Positions 9,161-18,389 of a DNA stretch of 32,000 nt are shown in pieces. This stretch comes from Thermoproteus tenax Kra 1 (lineage in GTDB: Archaea > Thermoproteota > Thermoprotei > Thermoproteales > Thermoproteaceae), in assembly GCF_000253055.1 (NCBI RefSeq), contig NC_016070.1, positions 360,001 to 392,000 on the forward strand. The letters are read 5' to 3'. The notes beneath the pieces were generated by a model. It made no database searches. It was not told where the DNA came from and saw only the letters and a program-made list of their open reading frames with translations. The position numbers were made by a program, and so were the translations under genes. Position 1 is the first letter of the stretch; the number at the start of each line of letters is the position of its first letter.

Positions 9161-10465
9161 TTAGGCCATCATCCTGTATATGTCTTCTAGGTCGTAGGCG
9201 ATGGCTCCCTCTCTTCTCTTGAAGCTTCTGGCTACTACAACGGGTACAACGCGGCCGGGCAGGCCCAACTCCTCGACCTTCTCTCTGAGCCCCTGAGCCA
9301 CCTCAGTTGCGTCCACCCCGTCTCTCCACCTCGCCTCCACGGGCACTACGACGCCGTCGCCGACGCCGAGGAGATCTATCTCTCTCGCCTCCCCCCTCTT
9401 AGTCCACCACTGGGGGCCCAGCTTCCTCACCCTAGGCAGGCGGCCGGCGGCCATCTCCCTGACTACGACCTCCCCTGCGATCTCTTCAAAGGTCTTGCCG
9501 AGGTACTGGCTGTACTCCCTCCGTATGTCCTCCACACCGTAGAGACCCTGCTCTATTAGCCAGAGGTTCGGCCCTATGAAGCGGAGCCAGAAGCGGAGGA
9601 AGCCGTCGGCGAGCTCGTATCTGTACCTCCCCCTGCCCAACACAGGCTTCACCTTTCTTACAATGCCCACGACCTCGAGGTTGCGGAGGTACTGCGTTAT
9701 GTCTGTCGACTTAAGCCCTGCGTGGTCTCTTATTTCGCCCATAGTGTTTTTCCCGGCCGCGATCGCCTCAAGTATCTGCCTATAGGTAGAGACGTCCTCG
9801 AACTCGTAGCGGAGGAGGAAGTCCCCCTCGTCGAGGAGGAACGTCCTCTCCCTCAGCTCCCGCTCCAGGAAGTCCCAGAAGGGCTCCTTCACCTTCACCA
9901 TGTAGTAGGGTATCCCGCCGGCAAAGCCGTGGATCTCCACCAGTTCGTGCGGCGGCCTGTCGGGAAAGAACTGTCTGTATTTGAGGAAAGGTATGGGGTC
10001 CACCCTCAACGACGCCGTCCTCCGCCCGTAGAGGGGGCTCTTGTAGGAGAGAACTTTTGAGGTCATGGTGGAGATAGAGGAGCCGGTCAGCACGAGCTTT
10101 AGGTCTGAGTCGGCGAGGACTTCGTCCACCACCGCCTGGAGGATCGACAGGATGGATCTGTCCTCCTCTATTAGGTTTGGGAATTCGTCTATGATGACGA
10201 CGTCGACTCTGTCCCTTAGGTATGTGAAGACAGCCTCCCAGTCGTCGGCGGTTGTCAACACGCCGGGGTCGACCCGCGCCGCGGCCGATTGCCTCTCCCG
10301 ACTGCGAGGTAGTAGACCCTCCGCATGTCCTCCGTGGCCTTTAGGACTAGGGCGGTCTTCCCTATCCTCCCCCTGCCGTATACCACAACTAGTCTGAAGC
10401 CCTCCTCCCGCAGGTCTCTCCTGCGCTTCTCCAGCTCCTCTTCCCTGTCTAAAAATATAACTACG
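9161..10465 (-). pseudogene. Archaeal AAA-type ATPase (DUF234-containing type), disrupted by a frameshift near 10297-10299
   Basis: ORF 9161..10261 holds Walker B/sensor region (VVIIDEFPNL, LVLTGSS) and C-terminal domain but no Walker A; upstream in another frame on the same strand reads FLDREEELEKRRRDLREEGFRLVVVYGRGRIGKTALVLKATEDMRRVYYLAVG (Walker A GRGRIGKT). Confidence 0.75.
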
Positions 10466-10506
10466 GTTATATAATCAAGGTTATATTTAAAACATAACTC
10501 TGAGCC

Positions 10507-11145
10507 GTGGGGCCGGCCTTGGGGATTCTGGCGTTTCTCTGGTCCACAATAGGGGCCATCGCCTCGCTGAGGAGAGAATACCTCTGGGTAGCCTCCGTCA
10601 GATCGTTTACCGCGCCTCCGGCGGCTTTTGCAACGGGCTAGGCCCGGGAGTGGACGCTTCTGCCGGGCCCCCTTCTCGGCGGCCTCTTCGCGGTCTATCC
10701 AGCGGCGGTTGTATACACGGGGATTGGAAATATACCTCCTCTACACAGCCCCTTCCGGACGACCCTAGCCCCTTGCTCTGTTGGGCGAAAGGCCGATGCG
10801 ATGGAGTGCAAGATGTACCTGTCCTCGCGGCTCTTATGGTCTCCTCAGGCGGGATGTCTGGGGTCGGCTTCGCCACCGGCTTAGCTTCGTACTTCTTCTA
10901 CGGCTTGTACATCGCGGCCGCCAGGTGGCTTGCGGCAGACGGCTGCGTGATGGACGCATCGCCTAGGGCTATGCCCTTTACGCTGGCCGTCATCGTCCCG
11001 GCCCTACCGCTGAATCCAAGCCGCCTATCCTTGAGACCGCCGCTGGAGTGTGCCTCGGCGTATTTGGGACCGCATTGCCCTACATGCTCTTCGCGTTGGC
11101 TGTCTCCAAGTTAGAGGCACCGAAGCCAGAGCTGAGGATTCCCTT
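10507..11145 (+). pseudogene. Degraded EamA/DMT-family transporter gene
   Basis: Fragments in successive frames: ALGILAFLWSTIGAIASLRREYLWVASVRSF; LLGGLFAVYPAAVVYTGIG; GMSGVGFATGLASYFFYGLYIAAARWLA; CLGVFGTALPYMLFALAVSKLEAPK, in collinear order. Confidence 0.65.
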
Positions 11146-11184
11146 CACAGTTTTTCGACTGATGTGGACGCACAGAAGCCGCCC

Positions 11185-12585
11185 TCAGCCGCCGCAACAG
11201 CTGAGCTTTGTGGGATCTGTGGTGAAGGCAAGCGCGGCGAGCCTAAGCGCCTCGGAGAAGGAGGGGAAGGCTGGTATCCAGTCTGCAATGTCGTCTACCG
11301 TGAGCCCCTTTCGTACTGCCAGGGCGAATATGTTTATGAGCTCCTCAGCGTGTGGAGAAACCACGAGTGCTCCAGCTATCCTGCCCCCTTTTAACCTCAA
11401 CCTCTCCGGATAGGTGTTTATCTTTATGAACCCTCTCGCCCTTCCAGAGGTCCAGGCGGCGGCCGCGTTGTCTATAGTCACAAGCCGACATGCACAGCCG
11501 ACGCCGCTCCTTATCATGTCCTCCTCCCTGAGCCCAACGCTGGCCACCGGCGGATCTGAGAAGACGACCCGCGGGGCCCACATGGCGTCGAACTCGGCGC
11601 TTCCCCCAAGGGCGTTTACAGCCGCGACTACTCCCTGCCTCGCAGCCACGTTCTCTAGATATCTGCCGCCAGGAAGCCCTCCGGTTACGTCCCCAGCAGC
11701 GTATATTCCCGGCACCGAGGTCTCCATACGCCTATTTACCTCTACAGCCCCCTCCGGCGTAAGCTTGAGGAGCCCTCCTAAGTCCTCGACGTTTGGCCGT
11801 CTGCCGGTCGCCACGAAAACGGCCTCGGCCTCAACGGAGACGCCCCCTGCCCTAACCTCGACTCCGTTGTTCTTAACCTCTACAGCCGTAGCCTCGCCCC
11901 TTATTAGCTTCACTCCATCCTCCCTCAGCGCTTCCTCTATGAAGTCCGAGACAAGTGCCTCCTCGTACTTCAGGAGACGGCTTCGGTAAATCACATAGGT
12001 CTCCATGCCCAGCCTGCTCAAGGCTTGCCCGAGCTCCACTGAGATGGCGCCTCCTCCTATGAAGACCACGGAGTTGGGCAGATCCTCTAGGCTGAAGAAC
12101 TCCTCGTTGCTGAAGGCGAGACCTCTCCTCCTCGCCTCCTCAAGCCCCTTTATCTGAGGCCAGACGGCTCTCGCCCCGGTGGCGACCACGATTTTTCTCC
12201 CCACTACTGTCTCGCCGCCTACCTTCACCGCGCCGGGGCCAACTAACATCCCTCTTCCCTCCATGAGCTTGATGTCGTAATAGTCGATGAGGTCCGCGTA
12301 CTTCCTCCTCCTCAGCTCCTCAACGACCGACCTCATATGTGCCATAAGCGCTTTCCCGTCCACCTCGGCCCAACCCCTTATACCTCTGAAGTAGGGGGCT
12401 CTGGCCGCCTTCATAAGCTCGCCCGCCCGCACCAGGTACTTGCTTGGGACGCAACCTACATTGACGCAGGTGCCTCCCAGAGGTCCGTCGTTGATCATAG
12501 CCACGCTGGCGCCCAACTGGGCCGCCTTAATCGCGGCGGCGAAGCCGGCCGACCCTCCGCCTAGAACCACCAGATCAAAGGTCAC
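11185..12585 (-). CDS. merA: Mercuric-reductase-like flavoprotein disulfide oxidoreductase
   Basis: FAD site VVLGGGSAGFAAAIKAAQLGA, redox motif GGTCVNVGCVPSK, NAD site VFIGGGAISVELGQ, C-terminal vicinal Cys pair TTDPTKLSCCGG typical of MerA; no N-terminal HMA domain. Confidence 0.8.
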   Translation of the reverse strand: MTFDLVVLGGGSAGFAAAIKAAQLGASVAMINDGPLGGTCVNVGCVPSKYLVRAGELMKAARAPYFRGIRGWAEVDGKALMAHMRSVVEELRRRKYADLIDYYDIKLMEGRGMLVGPGAVKVGGETVVGRKIVVATGARAVWPQIKGLEEARRRGLAFSNEEFFSLEDLPNSVVFIGGGAISVELGQALSRLGMETYVIYRSRLLKYEEALVSDFIEEALREDGVKLIRGEATAVEVKNNGVEVRAGGVSVEAEAVFVATGRRPNVEDLGGLLKLTPEGAVEVNRRMETSVPGIYAAGDVTGGLPGGRYLENVAARQGVVAAVNALGGSAEFDAMWAPRVVFSDPPVASVGLREEDMIRSGVGCACRLVTIDNAAAAWTSGRARGFIKINTYPERLRLKGGRIAGALVVSPHAEELINIFALAVRKGLTVDDIADWIPAFPSFSEALRLAALAFTTDPTKLSCCGG

Positions 12586-12592
12586 AGAGGCC

Positions 12593-14317
12593 TTACCCTA
12601 TCTCGAAGTCTGAGTAGGCGCCCGTGTACCCCTCCCATATCACCTCGGCCACTCTGCAGTTGAAGCCGCGGCACAGCTCCTCCACCAGTTTCTTGACCCT
12701 CTCCGCGTCCCCCTCGGCCACCACCTCCACTCTTCCGTCCGGCAGATTCGCCGCATAGCCGGTGAGACCCAACGCCCTAGCCCTGGCTCTGACGATCGGC
12801 CTAAAGCCAACCCCCTGCACCTCCCCCTCCACATAGGCTCTGGCCCTCGCCGGTCTCTCCACCACTCTCGCCAAGCCTCCCAAGACCGGCGCAGTCCCCG
12901 TCAGCTTCTCCCTCAGCCTCCTGCTAGATATGTACTGCAGAGCCTCTTGGGGCACAATCAGCCTCCCGTCGCCCCTCCCGAGGACTCTCCCCACGACGGC
13001 CGGCCTCAGATGGGGGATCTTCGCCAATCTGTCCAACAACGGGTCCAACAAGCTCTTGTGCGCAAAAATCGCTATAGCGCCGTTGGTCCCAGCGGTAGCG
13101 TCGGGCATCACATAGTTCTCTGCGGCGAATCTAGATATATTTGGATCCATGAGGGGGACGTCGAACAGCTCTACATCGACGCTGGACCTCTCGGCCACCT
13201 CTTTGAACACAAAGATGCCCGGCCCCGATACATCGATGGTGGCCGCTATGTGCGACCGCGCATCGAACTTCTCCCCGAGGTCGGGGAGGAAGTCGTATAT
13301 AGCCCTCGCCGCCTCCACGTTCGGAGTAGCCATTATCTCGAGGACCCTCCTCTTGGCTCTCTCGAGATCCTCCAACGGCATGACTCTGGACTCAAAGGAC
13401 TTGAGGAGCGCCTCGTCGGTGTTCACTGCCACGTAGGTTGTGAACAGAGCCAACTCGCCTATGGGCCTCGTGAGGACTATATAGAAGTCCTCGCTGAGCT
13501 TGTCGTAGAACGTCGGAGGCTCCCTATCCAGATGGGCGTAGGCCGTCGCGCCTATGAGCAAATATCCTCTGCCCGGCTGGGGGGCCTCGACGAGCTCCCC
13601 CAACGAGGAGGCGTAGCTCCTAACTCTGGCCTCGAGCGACCTCAGATATTGAGGCGGCGCGTCGTAGACCGGCGCTATCTTTACATCTCTGTATGCCCCC
13701 TTCGTGTAGAGGTCATTCAGAGCGTTGTTTATGGCCACAGCGACTTGCAGAGACGAGTCGAAGTCCTCGGAGGGATCGACGACTTGTATTGTGTCGTTGT
13801 TGGCCAAGATATAGCCCGCGCCTCCCTCGGCTCTCAGGAAGTCCACCATGAAGAACTCTGCGCCCTGCTTCGTGCTCACGATGCTGTGCCCCTTCCCCAG
13901 CCAGACTCTGTGTCTAGAGGAGCCGAGAGCCTTGTAGAGACCTGCGACGTGCTCCGCAAATCTGTCCGGCGAGCCTGCCTTGCCCATATACAGCTGTACC
14001 AACACGACGGCGAGCGTGGGGCTCAGACGCTCGATAACCTCGGGCTCCAGACTGGGGTTCTCTACATCTAAAAAGAAGCGCGCCAGCTCGGCGCGTTCGC
14101 CGGGCATTATGGCCACGTCCTCCCTCGGCGCAATTATCAAATTGAGCCTCTTTATCTCGTCCTTCAACAGCTGCACGGCCGGGTACAATACGTCGTAGAG
14201 GTCCACTTTGACGGAGCAGCCGAGCGACAACGACTCTATGGCTATGCCGGCCTCTCTGTAGAGCCTTACCCTCTCTCTGAACTTCTCCGTCATCGTTTTC
14301 TGACCACTATACGCCAT
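12593..14317 (-). CDS. SelD-like (selenophosphate synthetase/AIR synthase-related) protein fused to a C-terminal acylphosphatase domain
   Basis: N-terminal LSLGCSVKVD (compare SelD GCGCK), NNDTIQVVDPSEDFDSSLQVAVAINNALNDLYTKGA (SelD/AIRS metal/ATP region); C-terminus ARAYVEGEVQGVGFRPIVRARARALGLTGYAANLPDGRVEVVAEG is a canonical acylphosphatase. In-frame MTEKF at 14293 is an alternative start. Confidence 0.75.
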   Translation of the reverse strand: MAYSGQKTMTEKFRERVRLYREAGIAIESLSLGCSVKVDLYDVLYPAVQLLKDEIKRLNLIIAPREDVAIMPGERAELARFFLDVENPSLEPEVIERLSPTLAVVLVQLYMGKAGSPDRFAEHVAGLYKALGSSRHRVWLGKGHSIVSTKQGAEFFMVDFLRAEGGAGYILANNDTIQVVDPSEDFDSSLQVAVAINNALNDLYTKGAYRDVKIAPVYDAPPQYLRSLEARVRSYASSLGELVEAPQPGRGYLLIGATAYAHLDREPPTFYDKLSEDFYIVLTRPIGELALFTTYVAVNTDEALLKSFESRVMPLEDLERAKRRVLEIMATPNVEAARAIYDFLPDLGEKFDARSHIAATIDVSGPGIFVFKEVAERSSVDVELFDVPLMDPNISRFAAENYVMPDATAGTNGAIAIFAHKSLLDPLLDRLAKIPHLRPAVVGRVLGRGDGRLIVPQEALQYISSRRLREKLTGTAPVLGGLARVVERPARARAYVEGEVQGVGFRPIVRARARALGLTGYAANLPDGRVEVVAEGDAERVKKLVEELCRGFNCRVAEVIWEGYTGAYSDFEIG

Positions 14318-14535
14318 ACTCCCCTCTCCACTTCCTCTACGGCGAGCACCTCGTGTCCCTCCCGTTTGACCACCGAGGGCACGTTCTCACAGCTGGGAGG
14401 GTTGTCCGTCAAAATCTCCAAGACCGCCCCCGGCTCTATGCTCCTCAGAGCCCTGAGAGTGGCCAGCTGCGGATAGGGGCAGACGTATCCTCTGAGGTCC
14501 AATACGTACCTCTCTCCGGCTCTGACCGCTTGCAC
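14290..14535 (-). CDS. TusA/SirA/YedF-like sulfur-carrier protein
   Basis: 81 aa: YVLDLRGYVCPYPQLATLRALRSIEPGAVLEILTDNPPSCENVPSVVKREGHEVL, CPxP motif; overlaps start of the SelD-like gene. Confidence 0.82.
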   Translation of the reverse strand: MQAVRAGERYVLDLRGYVCPYPQLATLRALRSIEPGAVLEILTDNPPSCENVPSVVKREGHEVLAVEEVERGVWRIVVRKR

Positions 14536-14638
14536 GCCCCTATCCTTATATGACGATAAAAATAATCCGAATTGTGTAAAAATAACACGTTAGCTCGTCT
14601 TCCGCTGCAGCCCAACGACTTATAAGGAAGAACCGACT

Positions 14639-15136
14639 TTGTACGTGTTGGCGCAACTCAAGCTGTGCAAGACACAGAGCGTGTTGGACTATAGACTCCT
14701 TCTGTTCTACGACATAGGGGCAAACTACGCAGAGATCTTCAGCAGATCCGGGAGACGCGCCGTTGCCAAAGTAGAGGGGGGCGGAAGGTGTAAGGGGGTC
14801 TCCAGAGAGCTCGCTCTGACCCTCTACCCTGAGCTGGGCTGGGAGTTCTTAGATGTCGAAGCCCCCTTCGATATAAGGCCGACGGACCCCGTCCCAGCCA
14901 CCAGAGTCGTGATGAAGGTTCCGTTTGGAGTAACAGAGGCCGTCGTCAGAGCTCAGCTCAAGGGGTATCCCTTAGCCGAGGGGACTCTAGCGTTGGAAGC
15001 CTTTGGACACATAGAATTCGGAGAGGTCGTGCACGTGGAGCCGACGGAGTACGCGGTTTTGACAGATGACACAAAGCTCCGCCTAGTGGAGGTGCCCGTT
15101 GAAGACGACGTAATAATTTATATGAGAAAATATTGA
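14639..15136 (+). CDS. Hypothetical protein
   Basis: 165-aa ORF in otherwise uncovered interval, no competing coding frame; family not recognised. Confidence 0.5.
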   Translation: MYVLAQLKLCKTQSVLDYRLLLFYDIGANYAEIFSRSGRRAVAKVEGGGRCKGVSRELALTLYPELGWEFLDVEAPFDIRPTDPVPATRVVMKVPFGVTEAVVRAQLKGYPLAEGTLALEAFGHIEFGEVVHVEPTEYAVLTDDTKLRLVEVPVEDDVIIYMRKY

Positions 15137-15149
15137 AAAAGTCTAAATT

Positions 15150-15584
15150 TTAAATAAATAAAGTGACAGCAGCGTCCTTAGCCTTCTCTAAGAAAGTCGC
15201 CGCGCCGACTACTTCGTCGACGAAATCGGCCAACGCCGATTTGTCTCTTATGCCGAACAACTCCATAGTAGTAGAGCAAGCGTAGATGGTGACTTTCCCC
15301 ATGGATTTAGCTTGAGATAGCAGCTCGTGCCATGCAGGGAGGCCGGCTCTCCCTATTGCCTCACCTACAGCCTGCGCATATTCAGAATACGTCTGTTCCA
15401 CCTTGGGCTGCGCCTTCAACGCGTCCTTTCTTATTGCGTTCAATCCCCAGAATGTAAAGAATATCTCAACTTCCCATCCGCTTGCCGCCGCAGCACTGGA
15501 GAGTATTGCCACTGGATAAAGTTTATCTATTGTACCCGACCATGCAATTATTGCTAATTTATTCTTTTTTTCTATTCTTTCCAT
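15150..15584 (-). CDS. DsrE/DsrF-family protein (DsrE2-like)
   Basis: NKLAIIAWSGTIDKLYPVAILSSAAAASGWEVEIFFTFWGLNAIRKDAL ... VTIYACSTTMELFGI, conserved Cys context. Confidence 0.8.
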   Translation of the reverse strand: MERIEKKNKLAIIAWSGTIDKLYPVAILSSAAAASGWEVEIFFTFWGLNAIRKDALKAQPKVEQTYSEYAQAVGEAIGRAGLPAWHELLSQAKSMGKVTIYACSTTMELFGIRDKSALADFVDEVVGAATFLEKAKDAAVTLFI

Positions 15585-15619
15585 GTATAAAAGAAAGGGG
15601 TAGGTATATATTAGCTTTA

Positions 15620-15970
15620 TTACCAGCTTAATGTTATTTTTGAATCTGCGGCGTACTCATAAAAGCTTGCTATACCCATTATTTTGACCCCTTCGACTAC
15701 TTCATCCTCCTTTATATTAAACGTAGCCGCAGCCGAGGAACAGAGCCACATCTTGCCTCCCATCTCCATTATCTGTTTAAACCTGGACTGAATCTCTTTA
15801 TCGAGCTTCTCAAAGACTTTCTTCTTTACTACATGTGCGCCGTCCAACGTCCAGAAAATTAGCACATCAAAGCCCATGGAGAGAGCCGCCAGCGCATAGC
15901 CCAACATAGTTGAGATACGGGGGGTATCCGCGGGAGGCATTGTGGCCAAGAAGGCTATCTTATCGGCCAT
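15620..15970 (-). CDS. DsrE-family protein
   Basis: DKIAFLATMPPADTPRISTMLGYALAALSMGFDVLIFWTLDG ... KMWLCSSAAATFNI ... GIASFYEYAADSKITLSW. Confidence 0.75.
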   Translation of the reverse strand: MADKIAFLATMPPADTPRISTMLGYALAALSMGFDVLIFWTLDGAHVVKKKVFEKLDKEIQSRFKQIMEMGGKMWLCSSAAATFNIKEDEVVEGVKIMGIASFYEYAADSKITLSW

Positions 15971-16091
15971 GGGAGCACCATGAGTTCCGAGCTATAAAAA
16001 AATTATTAACTTTAAATTTAACATAAATTTTGTTAAACCCCTCTCAAGGCCATATTAGCTTCTTAGTGGTAATATCCAATATTAAGCAGCC

Positions 16092-17453
16092 TTGGATTTA
16101 ACGCTCGTGATACCTCGCTTGGTGATATCGTCCTTTAAAGGCATGTCGGGGAAGACCATAATCTCGCTGGCGCTCATGTACGGCCTCTCCAGGAGGGGCC
16201 TCAGAGTGGCCCCCTTCAAGGTGGGGCCCGACTACATCGACCCCAGCTACCACGCGGCGGCGGCTGGGAGGCCCAGCAGAAACCTCGACGCGGTTCTGAT
16301 GGGGGAGAGGGGGGTGGTGGAGCGTTTTGTGAAGTTCTCGAGGGGCGCGGACATCGCCGTTGTGGAGGGGGTCCAGGGCCTCTACGACTCCTTCGACGGC
16401 GTCTCCGAGCTGGGCTCCACGGCGCAGGTGGCCAAGCTGTTGAGGGCCCCCGTGGTCCTCGTGTTGAACGGGGAGAGGGTGAACAGAACTCTCAGGGCCG
16501 TGGTGAGGGGGCTGAGGCAGTTCGACCCGGAGGTCAACATACCCGGCGTTATTTTGACAAACGTGGCAGGTAGCCAGGCGGAGAAGCTGAGGAGGGCCCT
16601 CCCCGAGGAGGGCGTGGAGGTGCTGGGGGCTGTGCCGAGGAGCGAGAGGCTGGCGGAGGTCTTCTCCTACAGACACTTGGGCCTCACGCCGGTGGGCGAG
16701 AGGGGCGACGTCCCCAACATAGTGGAGGCCCTCGAGAAATACGTCCTGCCCTACATCGATCTAGACGCCGTCGTGGCCCTGGCTAAATCGGCCGGAGACC
16801 TCCCCTACGGCCCTCCGCCCGAGGGGGACCCCGCGGGGTCGGGCACGTGCAGAATCGGTATCGTCCTCGACAGAGCCTTCACCTTCTACTACCCCGAGGT
16901 CTTCGAGGAGGCCAAGTCTCTGGGGGAGGTGGTGTTTTTAGACTCGCTGGAGATGCAGGAGCTGCCCCCGGTGGACGTGGTCTTCGTAGGCGGGGGCTTC
17001 CCCGAGACCTCCGCCGAGGAGCTGGAGAGGAACAGAGCCTTCAGATCCTCGCTTTTGAGGTACATCGAGCGGGGAGGCAGGCTGTACGCCGAGTGCGGCG
17101 GCCTCATGTACCTCACCTCCTCCATAGTGGTAGAGGGCTCGGAGTACGAGATGGTCGGCGCGATAGACGCCGTAACTGTGATGCTGAAGAGGCCGGTGGG
17201 GAGGGGGTACGCCTGGGGCGTAGTCGAGGGGAGGACCCCCGTCGCCCCTCCGGGGACCAGGCTGGTGGGGCACGAGTTCCACTACTCCAAGCTCGTCCTC
17301 AGGGAGAGGGTGGAGACCGCTATAAGGCTGGAGAGGGGGGTGGGGATCGGCGGCGGCAGAGACGGCGTTGTGAAGGGCAATATGCACGCGCAGTACCTCC
17401 ACCTGCACCCCTACACCTACAGCGCTTTGAGGGCGCTATGCCGCTCTACGTAG
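16092..17453 (+). CDS. Cobyrinic acid a,c-diamide synthase-like amidotransferase (CbiA/CobB family; DsrN-like by context)
   Basis: PRLVISSFKGMSGKTIISLALMYGLSRRGLRVAPFKVGPDYIDPSYH; GAT-like VVFVGGGFPETSAEELERN, LYAECGGLMYL; adjacent to SUMT and DsrC. Start could be the GTG at 16107. Confidence 0.85.
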   Translation: MDLTLVIPRLVISSFKGMSGKTIISLALMYGLSRRGLRVAPFKVGPDYIDPSYHAAAAGRPSRNLDAVLMGERGVVERFVKFSRGADIAVVEGVQGLYDSFDGVSELGSTAQVAKLLRAPVVLVLNGERVNRTLRAVVRGLRQFDPEVNIPGVILTNVAGSQAEKLRRALPEEGVEVLGAVPRSERLAEVFSYRHLGLTPVGERGDVPNIVEALEKYVLPYIDLDAVVALAKSAGDLPYGPPPEGDPAGSGTCRIGIVLDRAFTFYYPEVFEEAKSLGEVVFLDSLEMQELPPVDVVFVGGGFPETSAEELERNRAFRSSLLRYIERGGRLYAECGGLMYLTSSIVVEGSEYEMVGAIDAVTVMLKRPVGRGYAWGVVEGRTPVAPPGTRLVGHEFHYSKLVLRERVETAIRLERGVGIGGGRDGVVKGNMHAQYLHLHPYTYSALRALCRST

Positions 17454-18091
17454 TGGGGGCGGGCCCCGGCGACCCCAAGCTCTTGACCATCAGAGCTAGG
17501 GAGCTGCTCGAGCAAGCCGACGTGGTGGCATACGGCGACCTCGTGCCGGAGGAGGTGGCGAGGATCGCCAAGAGGGCGCGTGTTGTAAAAATTGGCCACA
17601 GGAGGGCGGAGCACGACGCAGCTATAGACGCCCTGATAGAGGAGGCGCGGAGGAGCAACGTGGTGATTCTTAAGAACGGCGACCCGGCCATATTCGGGAG
17701 GGGGATCAAGATATGTAAAAAGGCTAGGGAGAGGGGGGTTCCGTGCGAGGTTGTGCCGGGCGTCAGCTCTTTTACGGCCGCGGCCGCCCTATATCAGATA
17801 GAATTAACCGATGGAGAGGCGTTGCGCCACGTGGCTTTGTTGGCATATCCCAACTTTGGACCGGGCGTTTTGAAGGAGGTCAGAGCCGACACCATCGTAA
17901 TCTTTATGATGGGAGATAGGCTGCCTGAAGTAGCAGGCGTTTTAGCTGAAGAATGCGACCCGGAGAGGGTGTTCTTGTGTGCGGGTGTGACGATAGGCGG
18001 ATATTGCGAGGAGCTCAGCACCGAAGAATTGAGCGCACGAAAGGGCGTCAGACCGGCCCTAGTTATAGCTCAAAAATGTAGAAAGCATTAA
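17438..18091 (+). CDS. Uroporphyrin-III C-methyltransferase (SUMT; siroheme/cobalamin pathway)
   Basis: Within ORF 16847..18091; true start MPLYVVGAGPGDPKLLTIRARELLEQADVVAYGDLV with 16-bp overlap with cbiA-like gene; VEVVPGVSSFTAAAA-type motif (CEVVPGVSSFTAAAALYQIELTDGEA). Confidence 0.92.
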   Translation: MPLYVVGAGPGDPKLLTIRARELLEQADVVAYGDLVPEEVARIAKRARVVKIGHRRAEHDAAIDALIEEARRSNVVILKNGDPAIFGRGIKICKKARERGVPCEVVPGVSSFTAAAALYQIELTDGEALRHVALLAYPNFGPGVLKEVRADTIVIFMMGDRLPEVAGVLAEECDPERVFLCAGVTIGGYCEELSTEELSARKGVRPALVIAQKCRKH

Positions 18092-18143
18092 TGATTGTTT
18101 TACACTGTTAATAAACTATTTAAAAGTATATGACGATGGGGCT

Positions 18144-18380
18144 ATGGAGAAAGTCGCAAAGACTCTCGACGCGAGGGGGAAGTTCTGTCCCATTCCGGTT
18201 ATGGAGACTGCAAAGGCCATAAACGAGGTCAAAGTCGGCGAGGTATTAGAGGTTCTCGCCACCGACCCTGCGGCGGACCCCGACATAAAGGCTTGGGCTA
18301 AAAGGATGGGACACGAAGTGATCTTGTCTGAGAAGACGCCGGAGGGTTATCTAAGAATATTAATAAAAAGATTGAAGTAA
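18144..18380 (+). CDS. TusA/SirA-like sulfur-carrier protein
   Basis: 78 aa: KTLDARGKFCPIPVMETAKAINEVKVGEVLEVLATDPAADPDIKAWAKRMGHEVI, CPxP motif. Confidence 0.9.
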   Translation: MEKVAKTLDARGKFCPIPVMETAKAINEVKVGEVLEVLATDPAADPDIKAWAKRMGHEVILSEKTPEGYLRILIKRLK

Positions 18381-18389
18381 AACTTTTTG

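Noticed and set aside
12947-14071. 374-aa ORF on the plus strand antisense to the SelD-like gene
   Set aside because: Shadow ORF from GC-rich codon usage; biased composition, no recognisable motif, while the opposite strand encodes clear SelD-like and acylphosphatase domains.
16847-17437. N-terminal extension of the SUMT ORF
   Set aside because: Arg/Gly-rich out-of-frame translation of the cbiA-like gene; SUMT starts at MPLYVVGAGPGD.
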